Virus record (IMG/VR): IMGVR_UViG_3300002026_000005
From: a virus
Strand: one strand, 5' to 3'
Length of the DNA stretch: 64,000 nucleotides
The position numbers and the translations under genes are program-made. A model generated the notes under the pieces. It saw only the letters and a program-made list of their open reading frames with translations, made no database searches and was not told the origin of the DNA. This document shows positions 1 through 10,522 of the stretch, one piece after another; within the stretch, counting starts at the first letter, position 1, and each line of letters begins with the position of its first letter.

Positions 1-415
1 CAGACTCAGTCTGACTTGGTTGAGCTCGGCATGAACACGGCAACCAAATCTTTCCCGCTTAATCAGAGCGGGCGAACACCAAGCGCTGTCTTAGGACGCT
101 TGATGAGACTGGAACAGAAAAGAGGAAGCCAAACCAACACTGGCACCCCTATTTCCGCTCAAACACATACCGGGGTCGTTGGAGGGGGGTGGTCCACGCA
201 ACCAGAACTACATACGAAAAAAATATGGAAAAAATTTTTCTGGAAAAAAGCTAGAAAAAAGACGACAGGATGCCGGCTGATTTTGAGAGGGAGAAATCTT
301 TGTGTAGAAAAAGACGGTTGCCGGCTGCATCAAATTCAACAGTGAAATTTCAGTGTAGGGACAGCAGCCCAAGAAGACAAAGGCTTCCGTCTGTAGTAGA
401 AAAAGAGTAGAAGAT

Positions 416-805
416 ATGGCTGAGTTCAGGGAGTACACGAAGATCGAGTCTGTTCCGAGCATGTTCGGGATGGATAGGAGGTATGAGGTTGTCAGGTTTT
501 ATGTGTCGACGATAGCCAGGTTATCCAACAGGAGACTGAGTGAAGACGAGGAGATGGTGATGACGGAGTTGGTTCTAAGGTGGCCTTCCCACGAGTTTGA
601 TGACCTCAAGAAGAAGTCTATTGTGGACAGTATCAGCAGTGTTCACGACACTGACATGGATATCCACAGGTTGAAGAAGACCTTGTACAGACTGATACAG
701 AGAAAGTTGGTAGTTCAGGGCAGGGAAGACGAATACATTCCGATAAAGGAGTTCGTACCGAAGTTTGTTGGAGACAGCATAGTCATGTTCATAACAATCA
801 AGTAA
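416..805 (+). CDS. hypothetical protein (129 aa)
   Basis: ATG-started ORF ending in TAA, preceded by an A-rich leader (aaaaagagtagaagatATG). No recognisable motif. Confidence 0.55.
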   Translation: MAEFREYTKIESVPSMFGMDRRYEVVRFYVSTIARLSNRRLSEDEEMVMTELVLRWPSHEFDDLKKKSIVDSISSVHDTDMDIHRLKKTLYRLIQRKLVVQGREDEYIPIKEFVPKFVGDSIVMFITIK

Positions 806-1080
806 TGATAACGGGAGGAATCAAGAAGCGTCCAGAGAACGACCTGATCATGAATGAGATCCTGGAAGAGCTTCAGGCTGAGTATGGTCTAAACAAGCAG
901 GTTTTGAGGGAAGTAATAATGAGCCAATTCTCCTTCCTGAAAACCAAGATAGAGCAGAAGTCAGAGAAACCAATCAGGTTCAAGTGGCTAGGCTATTTCG
1001 GACGGAAAGACAAGAAGAAGAATTGGGACATAAACAACATAAAGAGGAAAGATAATGAAAACGGAAGAAAAACTGAATGA
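805..1080 (+). CDS. small basic protein, faintly HU/IHF-like
   Basis: 91-aa ORF whose ATG overlaps the previous TAA (TAATG). The pattern GLNKQVLREVI...IRFKWLGYFG weakly recalls HU/IHF. It ends at TGA 1078-1080, a codon that is read through elsewhere in the window; readthrough here would extend it to TAA 1138-1140. Confidence 0.45.
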   Translation: MITGGIKKRPENDLIMNEILEELQAEYGLNKQVLREVIMSQFSFLKTKIEQKSEKPIRFKWLGYFGRKDKKKNWDINNIKRKDNENGRKTE

Positions 1081-1273
1081 GATCCTGAATGGGTGGAAGA
1101 ATCTGATATTCAGAAACTCTGAAATAGAAGAAGAAGCTAAGAGGCGGGCAAAGATCTGCTCAGGATGTAGTGAGGTCGGAATGAGGCCGATGGTTCACTG
1201 CAAGAAATGTGGCTGCCCGCTAGCAGCAAAAACACGTAGTGAAACCAGCAAATGCCCACTAGGAAAATGGTAG
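1055..1273 (+). CDS. zinc-ribbon protein (72 aa)
   Basis: ORF with CSGC...CKKCGC...C cysteine pairs, ending in TAG. It overlaps the end of the previous ORF. Confidence 0.5.
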   Translation: MKTEEKLNEILNGWKNLIFRNSEIEEEAKRRAKICSGCSEVGMRPMVHCKKCGCPLAAKTRSETSKCPLGKW

Positions 1274-1637
1274 AACGAACTGCAACAAACAGCTCCACTA
1301 GTGAAGAGATGTGGATAGAGATAGAACGACTCAGAAAAGAGTTAGAGGAAGTCAACAAGAGATTGGAGGAAGAGATTCGGAAGGGACTCGAGGAGGAGGG
1401 AAATCCTCCAGAAAAAGACTATGGACAACAAAGGCTGCTGTCCCTTCATGAAAATATCAACGTCTTCTGGGACTCCAGAACCTGACAGTGTCCAGTCTGT
1501 CTCCAGATGAACCCTCTCACTAAGTGTGACTGTTGCACGAGAGCCGAAGCCGATGGAAAAAAGCTCGAAGAAATCAGAGAGAAATTGTTGAAGGGCCAGA
1601 GAGCAGGAGGGACAGAAGCCTTTAGGATGCCTTTGTA
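1267..1637 (+). CDS. coiled-coil protein with a C-terminal zinc ribbon reached through an in-frame TGA
   Basis: The first ATG is at 1267, in the frame of ORF 1252..1485. After TGA 1483-1485 the frame stays open and encodes QCPVCLQMNPLTKCDCC... up to TAG 1635-1637. Confidence 0.5.
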
Positions 1638-1902
1638 GACTTAGAAGACTATTGAAGACCTTGAAGTAAGGCTCCAGTTGAATCGTTCGTTACACTCACG
1701 ATTAAACAGAGAGAGTTTAAGTAAGTCTCATTATCTGATTGCTCATCAAGAAGTCTAAGCAGGTAAGATTCATCAGCAAGTAATCAGGTAAGCAAGAAAG
1801 ACTCATTAGAAGTTTAAAGGCAGTTGTCCTCATCTCATCTCTCATTAATGTAGAAAAAGATGTTGAAGTCTGCAAATCAAATGATACACAAATACTTAGG
1901 TT
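1638..1902. other. 265-nt non-coding region with degenerate short repeats, upstream of the terminase genes
   Basis: TAA or TAG stops occur in all three plus frames. GTAAG recurs 4 times, with a near-variant GTAAT, and (C)TCAT(T/C)A about 8 times between 1715 and 1850. A small hairpin aatcgt/acgatt sits near 1681-1708. This is the largest non-coding gap in the plus arm. Confidence 0.4.
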
Positions 1903-2469
1903 ATGGCGAAGATGATTTCTAGCTGAGATTACACCAAAGACTGCTTACAACTCAATGATAAACTGAGAGTTACGGGCACGCAGATTTTGGGTCAAAAAAA
2001 TAGTAGTATTTCAAAAAAAAGTAAAAAAAAAGCAGAAACCTACGATTATGCCAGCCTTTTGGAGTATCCTGATGGATGGAGTTGGTGGGGGTTTGTGTTC
2101 TATGCCGACCCAGAGTCTCCTTTTTCTGGTTGGACTGAGTCTGATAGGGCTAAGTTCGTGAAGGAAACCTTCGGGTTTGAGGTGAGGAAGTTTGGTGCCG
2201 AGATAGAGGCTTATGAGAAGTTTACGGACACTCCTGCAAAGAGGCACTATAGGGCATGGGGTAAGAAGATGGATGAAAGGACAGAGTTCCTCGAGACCGT
2301 GAAGTATGACGTGAACACTTGGGAGATGATAGACAAGATGGCGGCGGCCACTGTGAAGCTCTACTCTGACTTGGAGAGGATAAAGAAGATCGTGGATGAT
2401 GCCGGAGATTCTGGTAGGGTAATGGGTGACAGGACAGAGTCTCTGTCTGAGAGTGGGTTGATTGACTAA
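1903..2469 (+). CDS. hypothetical protein in the small-terminase position
   Basis: The standard ORF 1987..2469 has only a TTG start. An ATG at 1903 lies in the same frame, separated by a single TGA (1924-1926) and no TAA or TAG. The gene sits directly upstream of TerL. No motif was recognised. Confidence 0.45.
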
Positions 2470-2480
2470 AACTATATAAG

Positions 2481-4580
2481 ATGGCTCTACTGAGTAAGGA
2501 TGTTTGGAAGATGAGGCCGCCTGACTTGATTCCGATGACGGCTGACTACATCAGCTTCTGGAGACTATTCAAGGACAGGTGCAAGTTCGGCATGTGGTGT
2601 TCAGGCATTTGGATGCCAGGAGAGTTGTTCTTCTACTACAATGCCTGGAAGATAAAGCTGAAGAAACCGATCTATGACAAGTTCGGTAAGATAAAGGGGT
2701 TCACCAATAATGAGTACATCGAGTACCCGGATCTGAGGGATATCGAGTGGGAGTACTTCTACACCTACTCAGAGTCGAGAGGTTTCAGTCGCTTCGAGAA
2801 CAATACTGAGGAGGAGCTTGCTGTGATGACTCCACGAGAAATCATGAGGAAACATTGGGACAGAGAGATGGGTAGGCCGATGTATGAGAACCCAGCCAAG
2901 AACATTATCCTGATAGCAGGAAGAGGTGCCGGCAAGAGCTATTGGGCTTCGTGTGTGATTGGGTATGAGTTCCTGATACAGAGAGACAAGGGTATCGCTA
3001 ACACGATCACTGTTGGTGCCGGAGACTCGAAGTTCTCCAAGACTCTTCTCCAGAAGGTGAAGTTGGGTCTGAATGAACTGCCTGGATCAGTCGTGTTCGG
3101 AGGCATCTCGTATCCGAGTCCGATCTCGAAACAGTACAAGGGAAGCTTCGAGGTAAATGAAGGTATTCTTGCGTCCTACGTGAAATACATTGCTGGAGCA
3201 AAGAAAGAGATTGGTGACGGCTCCAGTATCGGCCACATAACCTTCAAAGACAATGACTTTGCTGCAAATGGAAGACGTTCCTGTCTTCTCGTGTTCGAGG
3301 AGATCGGTCTGTTCCCGAACTTCCGTGCAAGTTGAGACTCGTCTATCGAGGTTATCCGTACTGGCACATACCAGTTTGGGACGATGTTCGGACTCGGAAC
3401 AGGTGGAGACATGGAGAAAGGTTCGGTTGACGTTGCCGACATGTTCTATTCGACTGATGCCTACAACCTCGTGTCATTCGAAGACATCTGGGAAAGAAAG
3501 GGCCGGCTGGGACTGTTCGTGCCGGGTTATATGGGTCTGAATGAACACAAGAACGAGAGAGGGGAGACAGATGTAGAGGCTTCCATCAAGAGTCTTACTG
3601 ATGCTAGGGAGAAACTCATTGTAGACAAGGCAGCAAAGACGACGTTGGAGCAAGAGATAATGTATAGACCCCTGAAGCCGAGTGAGGCCTTCATGAAGTC
3701 GAGTGGAAACATTTTTCCCCGTATGCAGCTCCAGGAGCAGCTCACCTACATATCGAACAATAAGGACGTGGAACAGATGTGCCAGGTTGGTCAGTTCGTG
3801 CACGATCAGGACGGAAACCTGAAGTGGGTACAGACATCCCAGAACAGATACATCAGACAGTTTCCCCTGAAAGACAAGAAGAATGCGGATGCCGACATAG
3901 CTATCTGGGAGCATCCTGTGGACAATCCTCCACATGGACTCTACATAGCCGGATGTGACCCCTACGACCACGACAAGTCAGAGACAGGATCACTCGGAAG
4001 CATCTTCATCTACAAGAGATTCAATGGGTTTGATGGAACCTACAACATGATTGTTGCCGAATATAGTGCCCGTCCAGAGAGAGCCGACACCTACTACGAG
4101 AACCTGAAGAACCTCCTCATATACTACAACGCCCGTTGTCTCTATGAGAATGAGAGGAAGGGTCTTCACCAGCACCTTGTATCAAAGGGTCAAGACTGGT
4201 TGTTGGTAGACCAACCAGACATCGTGAAAGACATAGTCAAGAACACATCAGTAGACAGAGAGAAGGGTATCCACATGGTAACCCAGATAAAGGACTGGGG
4301 AGAACGGTCTATAAGAGACTGGTTGACAGAGGAATACTCACCAGGAAAGATGAATCTGAACCGGATATTCAGTCAGGCTTTGTTATCAGAGTTATTGTTG
4401 TATGAAGATGACGGAAACTATGACAGAGTGATGGCTCTGATGTGTGTCATCATCCTAGATAAACAGATGTTCAAGGTGAGAGTGAAGGAAAAAGAGACCG
4501 AATCACGTAAGATAGAGTGGAAAGACCTCGATTTCGGAGGAAAAGTCGGATTCAACTACGCCTGGAGTGGCTATAGTTAG
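2481..4580 (+). CDS. terL: terminase large subunit, with in-frame TGA at 3333-3335
   Basis: ORFs 2481..3335 and 3384..4580 share a frame, and the 48-nt gap between them has no TAA or TAG. A Walker A-like motif (IAGRGAGKS) and a Walker B-like motif (CLLVFEEIG) lie before the TGA. The RNase-H-like nuclease half (IAGCDPYDHD, YENERKG) lies after it. The gene ends in TAG. Confidence 0.9.
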
Positions 4581-4596
4581 TCCAAAACAAGACGAT

Positions 4597-4923
4597 ATGG
4601 ATAGAAAGACATTAGAAGCAGTGATAGGAGACCTTCTTAGTGAGGCTCAGGAGGTTAGAACCAGCAAAGGAAGAGACTACACCAAGGGATTGGAAGACGT
4701 CTTCACGAATTTCAAAGGCAGTAGTGCCTCCTTCGGAATGAGACCCGAACAAATACTGGGGATTTTCATGGACAAACACGTGTCTGCGGTATACGCCTAT
4801 ATAAAGTCTGGTGGTCAGAGTGAGTCTGAGCCGATAAAGATGAGGATAATTGACTGCATCAACTATCTTTGTCTACTTCATGGTATGATTCTGGAGAAAA
4901 ACCAGACAATCATGATGGAATAG
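4597..4923 (+). CDS. small all-alpha protein, DUF1599/MazG-like pattern
   Basis: This is ORF 4567..4923 taken from its first ATG at 4597. The pattern RDYTKG..NFK..DKHVSAVYAYIK..E..IDCINYL resembles the DUF1599/MazG-like fold, recognised from memory only. Confidence 0.45.
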   Translation: MDRKTLEAVIGDLLSEAQEVRTSKGRDYTKGLEDVFTNFKGSSASFGMRPEQILGIFMDKHVSAVYAYIKSGGQSESEPIKMRIIDCINYLCLLHGMILEKNQTIMME

Positions 4924-4958
4924 AAGAGTTTGAATAGAAATTAATACGAAAAAGAACG

Positions 4959-7613
4959 ATGGATGCAACGATAACAAGGGACGCGGTCTTTCCTCCACAG
5001 AAACTGCCGGCTTCTAAGAAGAACAAGGAGTGGAAGGATAGGTGTGTCGATGCTCTCATAGGAAGATGGGGTAGTTCGAGAGGTATGCAGAACATTGATA
5101 GGAAGAAGATCAACTATGACCTCTACAACTCCATCTTTTCTGAGGATGACTTGAGGTATGTGGTGAATCCGTTCAATGTTGACTCGGGTTTTCCGGCGAG
5201 GCCACAGAATTTCAACATTATTAGACCAAAGGTAAACCTCTTGCTTGGAGAGGAGACAAAGAGGCCCTGGAACTTCAAGGTGTTACGTACTAGTGACGAG
5301 GCTAAGTCGAAGGTTGTGGAGAGAAAGAAGGAGATGTTGTTCCAGTGGGTTGTCCAGAGGCTTCAGGAGCTTAATGGGGAACAGCCTGATCAGAAGACTT
5401 CTCCAAAAGAGATAGAGGACTACATCTCTAAGGACTATATAGACGTTGCTGAGCATGTCGCCTACAACGGTTTGAAGTATTTGGAACACAAGCTCAAGAT
5501 AAAGTTCGAATTTGATAGGGGTTGGAAGGATGCCCTTATAGCTGGGGAAGAAGTTTACTTCGTGGGCCAGAGAAATGGGGATCCGTTCCTAGAGAGAGTG
5601 AATCCTTTGTACCTGTACTATGACTCAGACCCCGACTTGATGAACATCGAGGACGGAGATTGGGTAGTTAGGAAGATGCACATGACGCCGTCCTCTATCT
5701 ACGACAAGTTCTATGACATAATTGAGTCGAAGGATCTTGATGATATTCTTCATGCCTCAATAGGGAACACGATCAACAGCAAGATAGGTTATGAGAGAGT
5801 TGTCTGGAAGGACAGGATAAAGTCTGATGCCTACGGCAAGGCAAGTTTGGATGACTTCAATGCGATGAACAATACTGGTTATGGTTACATAACGGTTTGA
5901 CACGTGTGTTGGAAGTCGTTCAAGAAGGTCGGATTCCTGACAACACCAGATGGGGCAACCGACATGGTTGATGAGACCTACAAGGTTCAGGAAGGTGATC
6001 AGATAGAGTGGGATTGGCTGATAGAGACATGGGAAGGATATAGGATAGGTCAAGACAAGTATGTTGGAGTAAGACCGATACCGTACCAGAACTTCAACCC
6101 AGATCATCCGAACTACAAGAAACTTCCCTACGTTGGGAGTCTGTACTCGAACACGAACTCGAGGGTTCAGAGTTTGGTAGACATAATGAAGCCTCTTCAG
6201 TACATGTACATCATATTGTGGTACAGGTTGGAGTTGGCTATTGCGAGAGACAAGGGTAAGGTTCCTGTTATGGATATTACCCAGATACCGAAGTCGATGG
6301 GACTCGATGTGAAGCACTGGATGCACACACTTAGCTCTCTAGGAATAATGTTCGTAAACCCCTATGAGGAAGGAATCTCGGACGACGTTGTTAGGGCCGG
6401 AAAGCCTTCGACCTTCAACCAGTTCCAGGCACTCGACTTGAGTATGTCTGACGTGATCCTCCAATACATCCAACTCTTGGACAAGGTAGACATGATGGCT
6501 GCAGAGTTGACCGGAATCACTCCCCAAAGAATGGGAAGTATCCAGAACGATGAGCTTGTGGGTAATGTCCAGAGAAGCGTGACTCAGTCGAGCTACGTTA
6601 CGGAAGAGCTCTACATCATCCATAATGATGTGAAGAGAAGAGTGTTGGAGAATCTTCTGAATATAAGCAAGTGGTGTTGGGGTAACAGCAAGAAGAAGTA
6701 TGTCGACTTCATCATGGATGACATGAGTAGGAGTCTGATCGAGATAGACCAAGACTTCCTGAACTCTGACTATGATATTTTCGTAGTCGATTCGAGTAAG
6801 GAGGCCTCAAAGATAGAGTCCGTAAGACAGTTGATGCAGCCTGCACTTCAGGCTGGAGCAAGTCTGAACGAGGCGGTGCAACTTCTTATCAGTGATAACC
6901 TGAGTGATATCAGTGATAAGCTGAAACAGATAGACCTGAAGAAGGAACAGATGATGCAACAACAACAGCAGCAGGAGCAACAGATGCAACAGATGCAGAT
7001 GCAGTCTCAGCAGCAGATGGTGCAACAGGAAAACCAGTTCAAGGACATGATCAACCAGAGAGACAATGAGACCAAGATCCAGGTAGCCCAGATACAGGCC
7101 CAAGTTAGTTTGGAGGTTGCCTCAATGGCTAAGTCGGAAGTGGATGACACTCCAATAAAGATGGAAGAGTTGAGAGTGAAGGAGAGTCTCGAGAACAGGA
7201 AGATCGATACGAAAAAAGAGATAGATGAGAGAAAGCTCGATCTAGACACACGTAAGAATGCCGCCGACATCAACAAGATGATGGAAGAGATAGAGCAGAA
7301 GACTAAGGATTTGGAGATGAAGAAGAAGAGTCTGAAGGAGAAAGACAAGTCAGACAGAGAAGTTTCCAACAAGAAACTTAGTTTGGAGAAACAGAAGGCT
7401 GACAAAGACCTAAGTTTCAGAAGGGAAGAATCCAACAAGAAGTTGGAGCTCGAGAGACAGAAGTCTGAGAAACAGATGGAGCTCGATGAGGAATTGGCGA
7501 GAAGAGACATGGAACTCAAGGAAGAATTGAAGAGGAAAGAACTCGAATTCAAGAAGGCCCAATTGAGACAGCAAGCTAAACAGAAGGCAGCTGAACCAAC
7601 AAAGAAAAACTAG
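4959..7613 (+). CDS. portal protein, with in-frame TGA at 5898-5900
   Basis: ORFs 4959..5900 and 5904..7613 share a frame and are separated by TGA plus one codon, giving 884 codons. The call rests on the TerL, small gene, portal, scaffold-like, capsid order. The C-terminus has a long polyQ and K/E-rich tail. The gene ends in TAG. Confidence 0.8.
6948..7037 (+). repeat. CAG/CAA (polyQ with M) low-complexity repeat in the portal C-terminal extension
   Basis: Encodes QMMQQQQQQEQQMQQMQMQSQQQMVQQENQ. Confidence 0.8.
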
Positions 7614-7619
7614 AAGAAT

Positions 7620-8870
7620 ATGGCAAAGAAGAATACCCCTGACGGATTAGACCAATTCAATTCCGTTCTAAACGGAGTAGTTCCAGGAGGAGACAAAGAA
7701 ATCTTCATCGACCCAGAAGACCTGAACAGTGCTCTTCATGGTGACGATGATGATGATGACGACAGCCTAATCCCGGCTGATGATGACAGAAGCCAAGGAG
7801 GCAAGAACAAGAAGCTCGATAAAAACCAGATCCAAAGCAAGAAGGCCGCCGTGGATGAAGATGAGGATGATGAAGAAGTTGAGAAAAAACCCAAGAAGAG
7901 AAGTCAGAAGAAGGAGAAAGTAAAGACTCTGGATGTCGATGATTTCAAGAAGGAGATGGGAATGGAGTCGAAGAGTTCAGACGAACTAAAGATTCCTGGC
8001 AAGAATCAGGTTGGAAATGGTGGTGTTGATGATGAATCAAACATCGTTGATCCATTCCTTGACCTATTCTCTGAGGAACTCGGATGGGAACTCGATGATG
8101 AAGACAGACCGAAAGACATCAAGGGTTTAGTTAGCTACATGAATGCAATCATCGAAGAAAACTCTAGACCGAACTATGCTTCTGAAGAAGTTGAGGAGCT
8201 GGATGAGTTCCTCAGGAATGGAGGTAGCATGAAGGCCTACTTCGACACCCGTTATGGAGAGATAGACTACGACAACTTCAAGTTGAAGACAGATGACGAC
8301 AAGAGGAGAGTAGTGAGAGATTTCTATAGGGAACAATACCAATCAAAAGGAGAGGACTGGATAGAGAGAAAGATAGATAAGCTTGATGATGCAGGACTTC
8401 TGGATGACGAGGCGGATGAAGCGTTGGAGACCTTGAGAGAAAAAAAGAAGGAGAAAACATCGAAGTTGGTACAACAGCAACAGAGGTATGTGCATGAACA
8501 GAGAGAGAACGAGAAGAAATTCTTTGAGGATACGTCTAAAGGTATATTTGAATTGGATGAAATCAGGGGAGTGAAGTTGGACAAGAAAGAAAAGCAGAAA
8601 CTTGTAGAATATATTTTCAAACCCCAGAAGGACGGAGAAACTCAGTACCAGAAAGATTACCTGAAGAACAAGATGAACTTGATAGAGTCGGCGTTCTTTA
8701 CGATGAATGCAGACAAGTTCGTGAATGAGATAAAGAAGAGTGGCAGTAAGAGTGCCGTAGATCGTATTAAGGAGAGATTTAAGGAGTCAGTTAGGACAAA
8801 GAATCAAGTAGGAGAAGAAAGAGATAATGGGTCCATTTGGGATTCAGTATACAAACAAATAAATAAATAA
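7620..8870 (+). CDS. scaffolding-like acidic coiled-coil protein
   Basis: 416 aa, located between the portal and the capsid gene. It has a poly-D run (DDDDDDDS), an EDEDDEE run and long charged helical segments. It ends in TAA. Confidence 0.55.
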   Translation: MAKKNTPDGLDQFNSVLNGVVPGGDKEIFIDPEDLNSALHGDDDDDDDSLIPADDDRSQGGKNKKLDKNQIQSKKAAVDEDEDDEEVEKKPKKRSQKKEKVKTLDVDDFKKEMGMESKSSDELKIPGKNQVGNGGVDDESNIVDPFLDLFSEELGWELDDEDRPKDIKGLVSYMNAIIEENSRPNYASEEVEELDEFLRNGGSMKAYFDTRYGEIDYDNFKLKTDDDKRRVVRDFYREQYQSKGEDWIERKIDKLDDAGLLDDEADEALETLREKKKEKTSKLVQQQQRYVHEQRENEKKFFEDTSKGIFELDEIRGVKLDKKEKQKLVEYIFKPQKDGETQYQKDYLKNKMNLIESAFFTMNADKFVNEIKKSGSKSAVDRIKERFKESVRTKNQVGEERDNGSIWDSVYKQINK

Positions 8871-8879
8871 ACTTAGTTT

Positions 8880-10358
8880 ATGCCACAGATTAATAATGTT
8901 CTTAGTGGTCTTCAACTGTACAGGACAAAATACTTTACAGATTTGGTAGACGAAAACATGTTGGCTAATGCTCTGTTGACCAGACCTCATCAAGTATCAA
9001 CTGTGTTGTCTTACGTATTCGGAAGATATGAGAACAACTCTCTTGATTTCCTAACAAGAGGACTCGGAAGGATTCAGTCGATTGAGTCAGACAATAGAGA
9101 ATACCAATGGGATGTAATGGTTGACATTGAGAAAGCCATTACTATCAAGGGGTTTGATGCAGACAATGCAACATATCCCGGACTTGGAGGTACTGCGATC
9201 AGACTTAGATTAGCAGAAAAATGGTTTGGCCCTGGTGCAATCTTGGAGTTCGACGACAAGAGATTCCAGGTAAGAGTACAGGGAACACCTGAGCCAGTAG
9301 TTGGTCAGGACGGAGCCGAATTCGTCTACTCAGTAATAATGGCTGATGGTCAACCAGAAAGCTATGTGCCAGTAGATTTGATTCAGGCAGGTAAGAAGGT
9401 ATCTAGAGCCGGTACTGCGTATGAAGAATACTCAGAAGAGGCAGACATTCTGAACTACCAGACTCCATTCAAGCTTCGTAACTACCTTACAACAATGAGG
9501 TTGAGCTACGACATAACTGGAGACGCCTACAGTTCAGTAATGGTAATCGCATTCAAGGATCCTAACTCAGGAAAGTCTACATACCTTTGGTCAGACTACC
9601 AGGAATGGCAGGCTCTGAGACAGTGGTACAGAACCATGGACTACCAGACATTGTATGCCCAGTACAATGCAACCCCACAGGGAACAATCAATGTTCCAGG
9701 AACAAACGGAAGACCAGTTTATGTTGGTGCCGGATTGCTTCAGCAGATTTCCCCAGCTAACAGGAGAACCTACACTCACCTAACTTCTGGCCTAGTTGAA
9801 GACTTCTTGGGTGACTTGTCCTACAACAACCTCGGAATGAATGAGAGGAAGTTTATCGCCTTTACTGGTGAGATGGGAATGAGAGCGTTCGACGACATGC
9901 TTAGAAATAAGCTAGGAGCCTTGAACTTGACTCTTGTAGACACAAAGTTCATCACAGGATCAGGACAGGAATTGACTCTTGGAGGTCAGTTTACTACCTA
10001 CAAGATGAGGAACGGAATAGAGTTGACAGTTAAGCACATGCCAATGTACGACAATACTGTTTACAACAGGAAGCTTCATCCGATTAGTGGTAAGCCACAG
10101 GAATCATACAGAATGACTTTTGTCGATTTCGGTATGAGAGACGGAGAATCAAACATCAAGAAGGTTGTTAGGAAAGACAGGGAATTCGTTCAGTGGTACA
10201 CTGGAGGATCTGTAGCTCCTGGAGCTGGACACGCAAAATCTATCCAGACTTTGAGATCAAATGCGAAGGACGGATACTCTGTACACTTCTTGAGTGAACA
10301 GGGAGTCATGTTGTGTGACCCAACTACTTCTGGAGAGTTGATACTTGACATCGAGTAG
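8880..10358 (+). CDS. major capsid protein candidate
   Basis: 492-aa ORF immediately after the scaffold-like gene, with balanced non-repetitive composition and no internal TGA. It is followed by a 164-nt non-coding gap containing hairpins. It ends in TAG. Confidence 0.7.
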   Translation: MPQINNVLSGLQLYRTKYFTDLVDENMLANALLTRPHQVSTVLSYVFGRYENNSLDFLTRGLGRIQSIESDNREYQWDVMVDIEKAITIKGFDADNATYPGLGGTAIRLRLAEKWFGPGAILEFDDKRFQVRVQGTPEPVVGQDGAEFVYSVIMADGQPESYVPVDLIQAGKKVSRAGTAYEEYSEEADILNYQTPFKLRNYLTTMRLSYDITGDAYSSVMVIAFKDPNSGKSTYLWSDYQEWQALRQWYRTMDYQTLYAQYNATPQGTINVPGTNGRPVYVGAGLLQQISPANRRTYTHLTSGLVEDFLGDLSYNNLGMNERKFIAFTGEMGMRAFDDMLRNKLGALNLTLVDTKFITGSGQELTLGGQFTTYKMRNGIELTVKHMPMYDNTVYNRKLHPISGKPQESYRMTFVDFGMRDGESNIKKVVRKDREFVQWYTGGSVAPGAGHAKSIQTLRSNAKDGYSVHFLSEQGVMLCDPTTSGELILDIE

Positions 10359-10522
10359 TAATGGTTAGTTACTGGATAGTAACAACAGTAACAGTTGAAA
10401 ATTAGAGAGACGCCGCCTTTGGCTCATGAGTAGTCAGAGGCAGTTGTCTGTCTTCAATATCAGAGTATTCAATTTCCGTATAGGATGTAGAGAGAGTTGA
10501 AGAACAAAAAAGAGTAGAGAAA

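Noticed and set aside
16-345. 109-aa plus-strand ORF at the left edge. The frame is open from position 1 and continues through TGA 343-345 to TAG 391-393.
   Set aside because: The translation is low-complexity (S/T/G-rich, then KKIWKKFFWKKARKK), and that part derives from phased A-tracts. No start context or motif is visible. I treat the region as probably non-coding or regulatory, though it could be the tail of a gene that starts outside the window.
357-1443. A 13-nt perfect inverted repeat, agggacagcagcc (357-369) and ggctgctgtccct (1431-1443), with a near copy at 31014.
   Set aside because: In 64 kb, tens of 13-mer inverted pairs are expected by chance, and one arm lies inside a coding region. 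There is no supporting structure.
1660-1800. CAGGTAAG and AAGTAAGT strings resembling eukaryotic 5' splice sites, or a possible intron in the non-coding gap.
   Set aside because: There are no flanking exon frames to join and no group I or II intron-like conserved elements. The strings are better explained as short degenerate repeats.
5757-7552. Long antisense ORFs inside the portal gene: 5757..6326, 6339..6752, 6807..7103 and 7007..7552.
   Set aside because: They lie opposite a well-supported gene. Their translations are leucine/serine-rich mirror images of the K/E/Q-rich sense strand. The same reasoning applies to 28383..28916, 30934..31470, 35056..36142, 50732..51250, 56573..57049 and the other shadow ORFs inside large genes.
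2481-7613. The split TerL and split portal read as pseudogenes, sequencing errors or frameshifts.
   Set aside because: The interruption is always a single TGA, always in frame, never TAA or TAG, and never an indel. The same pattern recurs at more than 20 sites on both strands. This is not what decay or sequencing error would produce.
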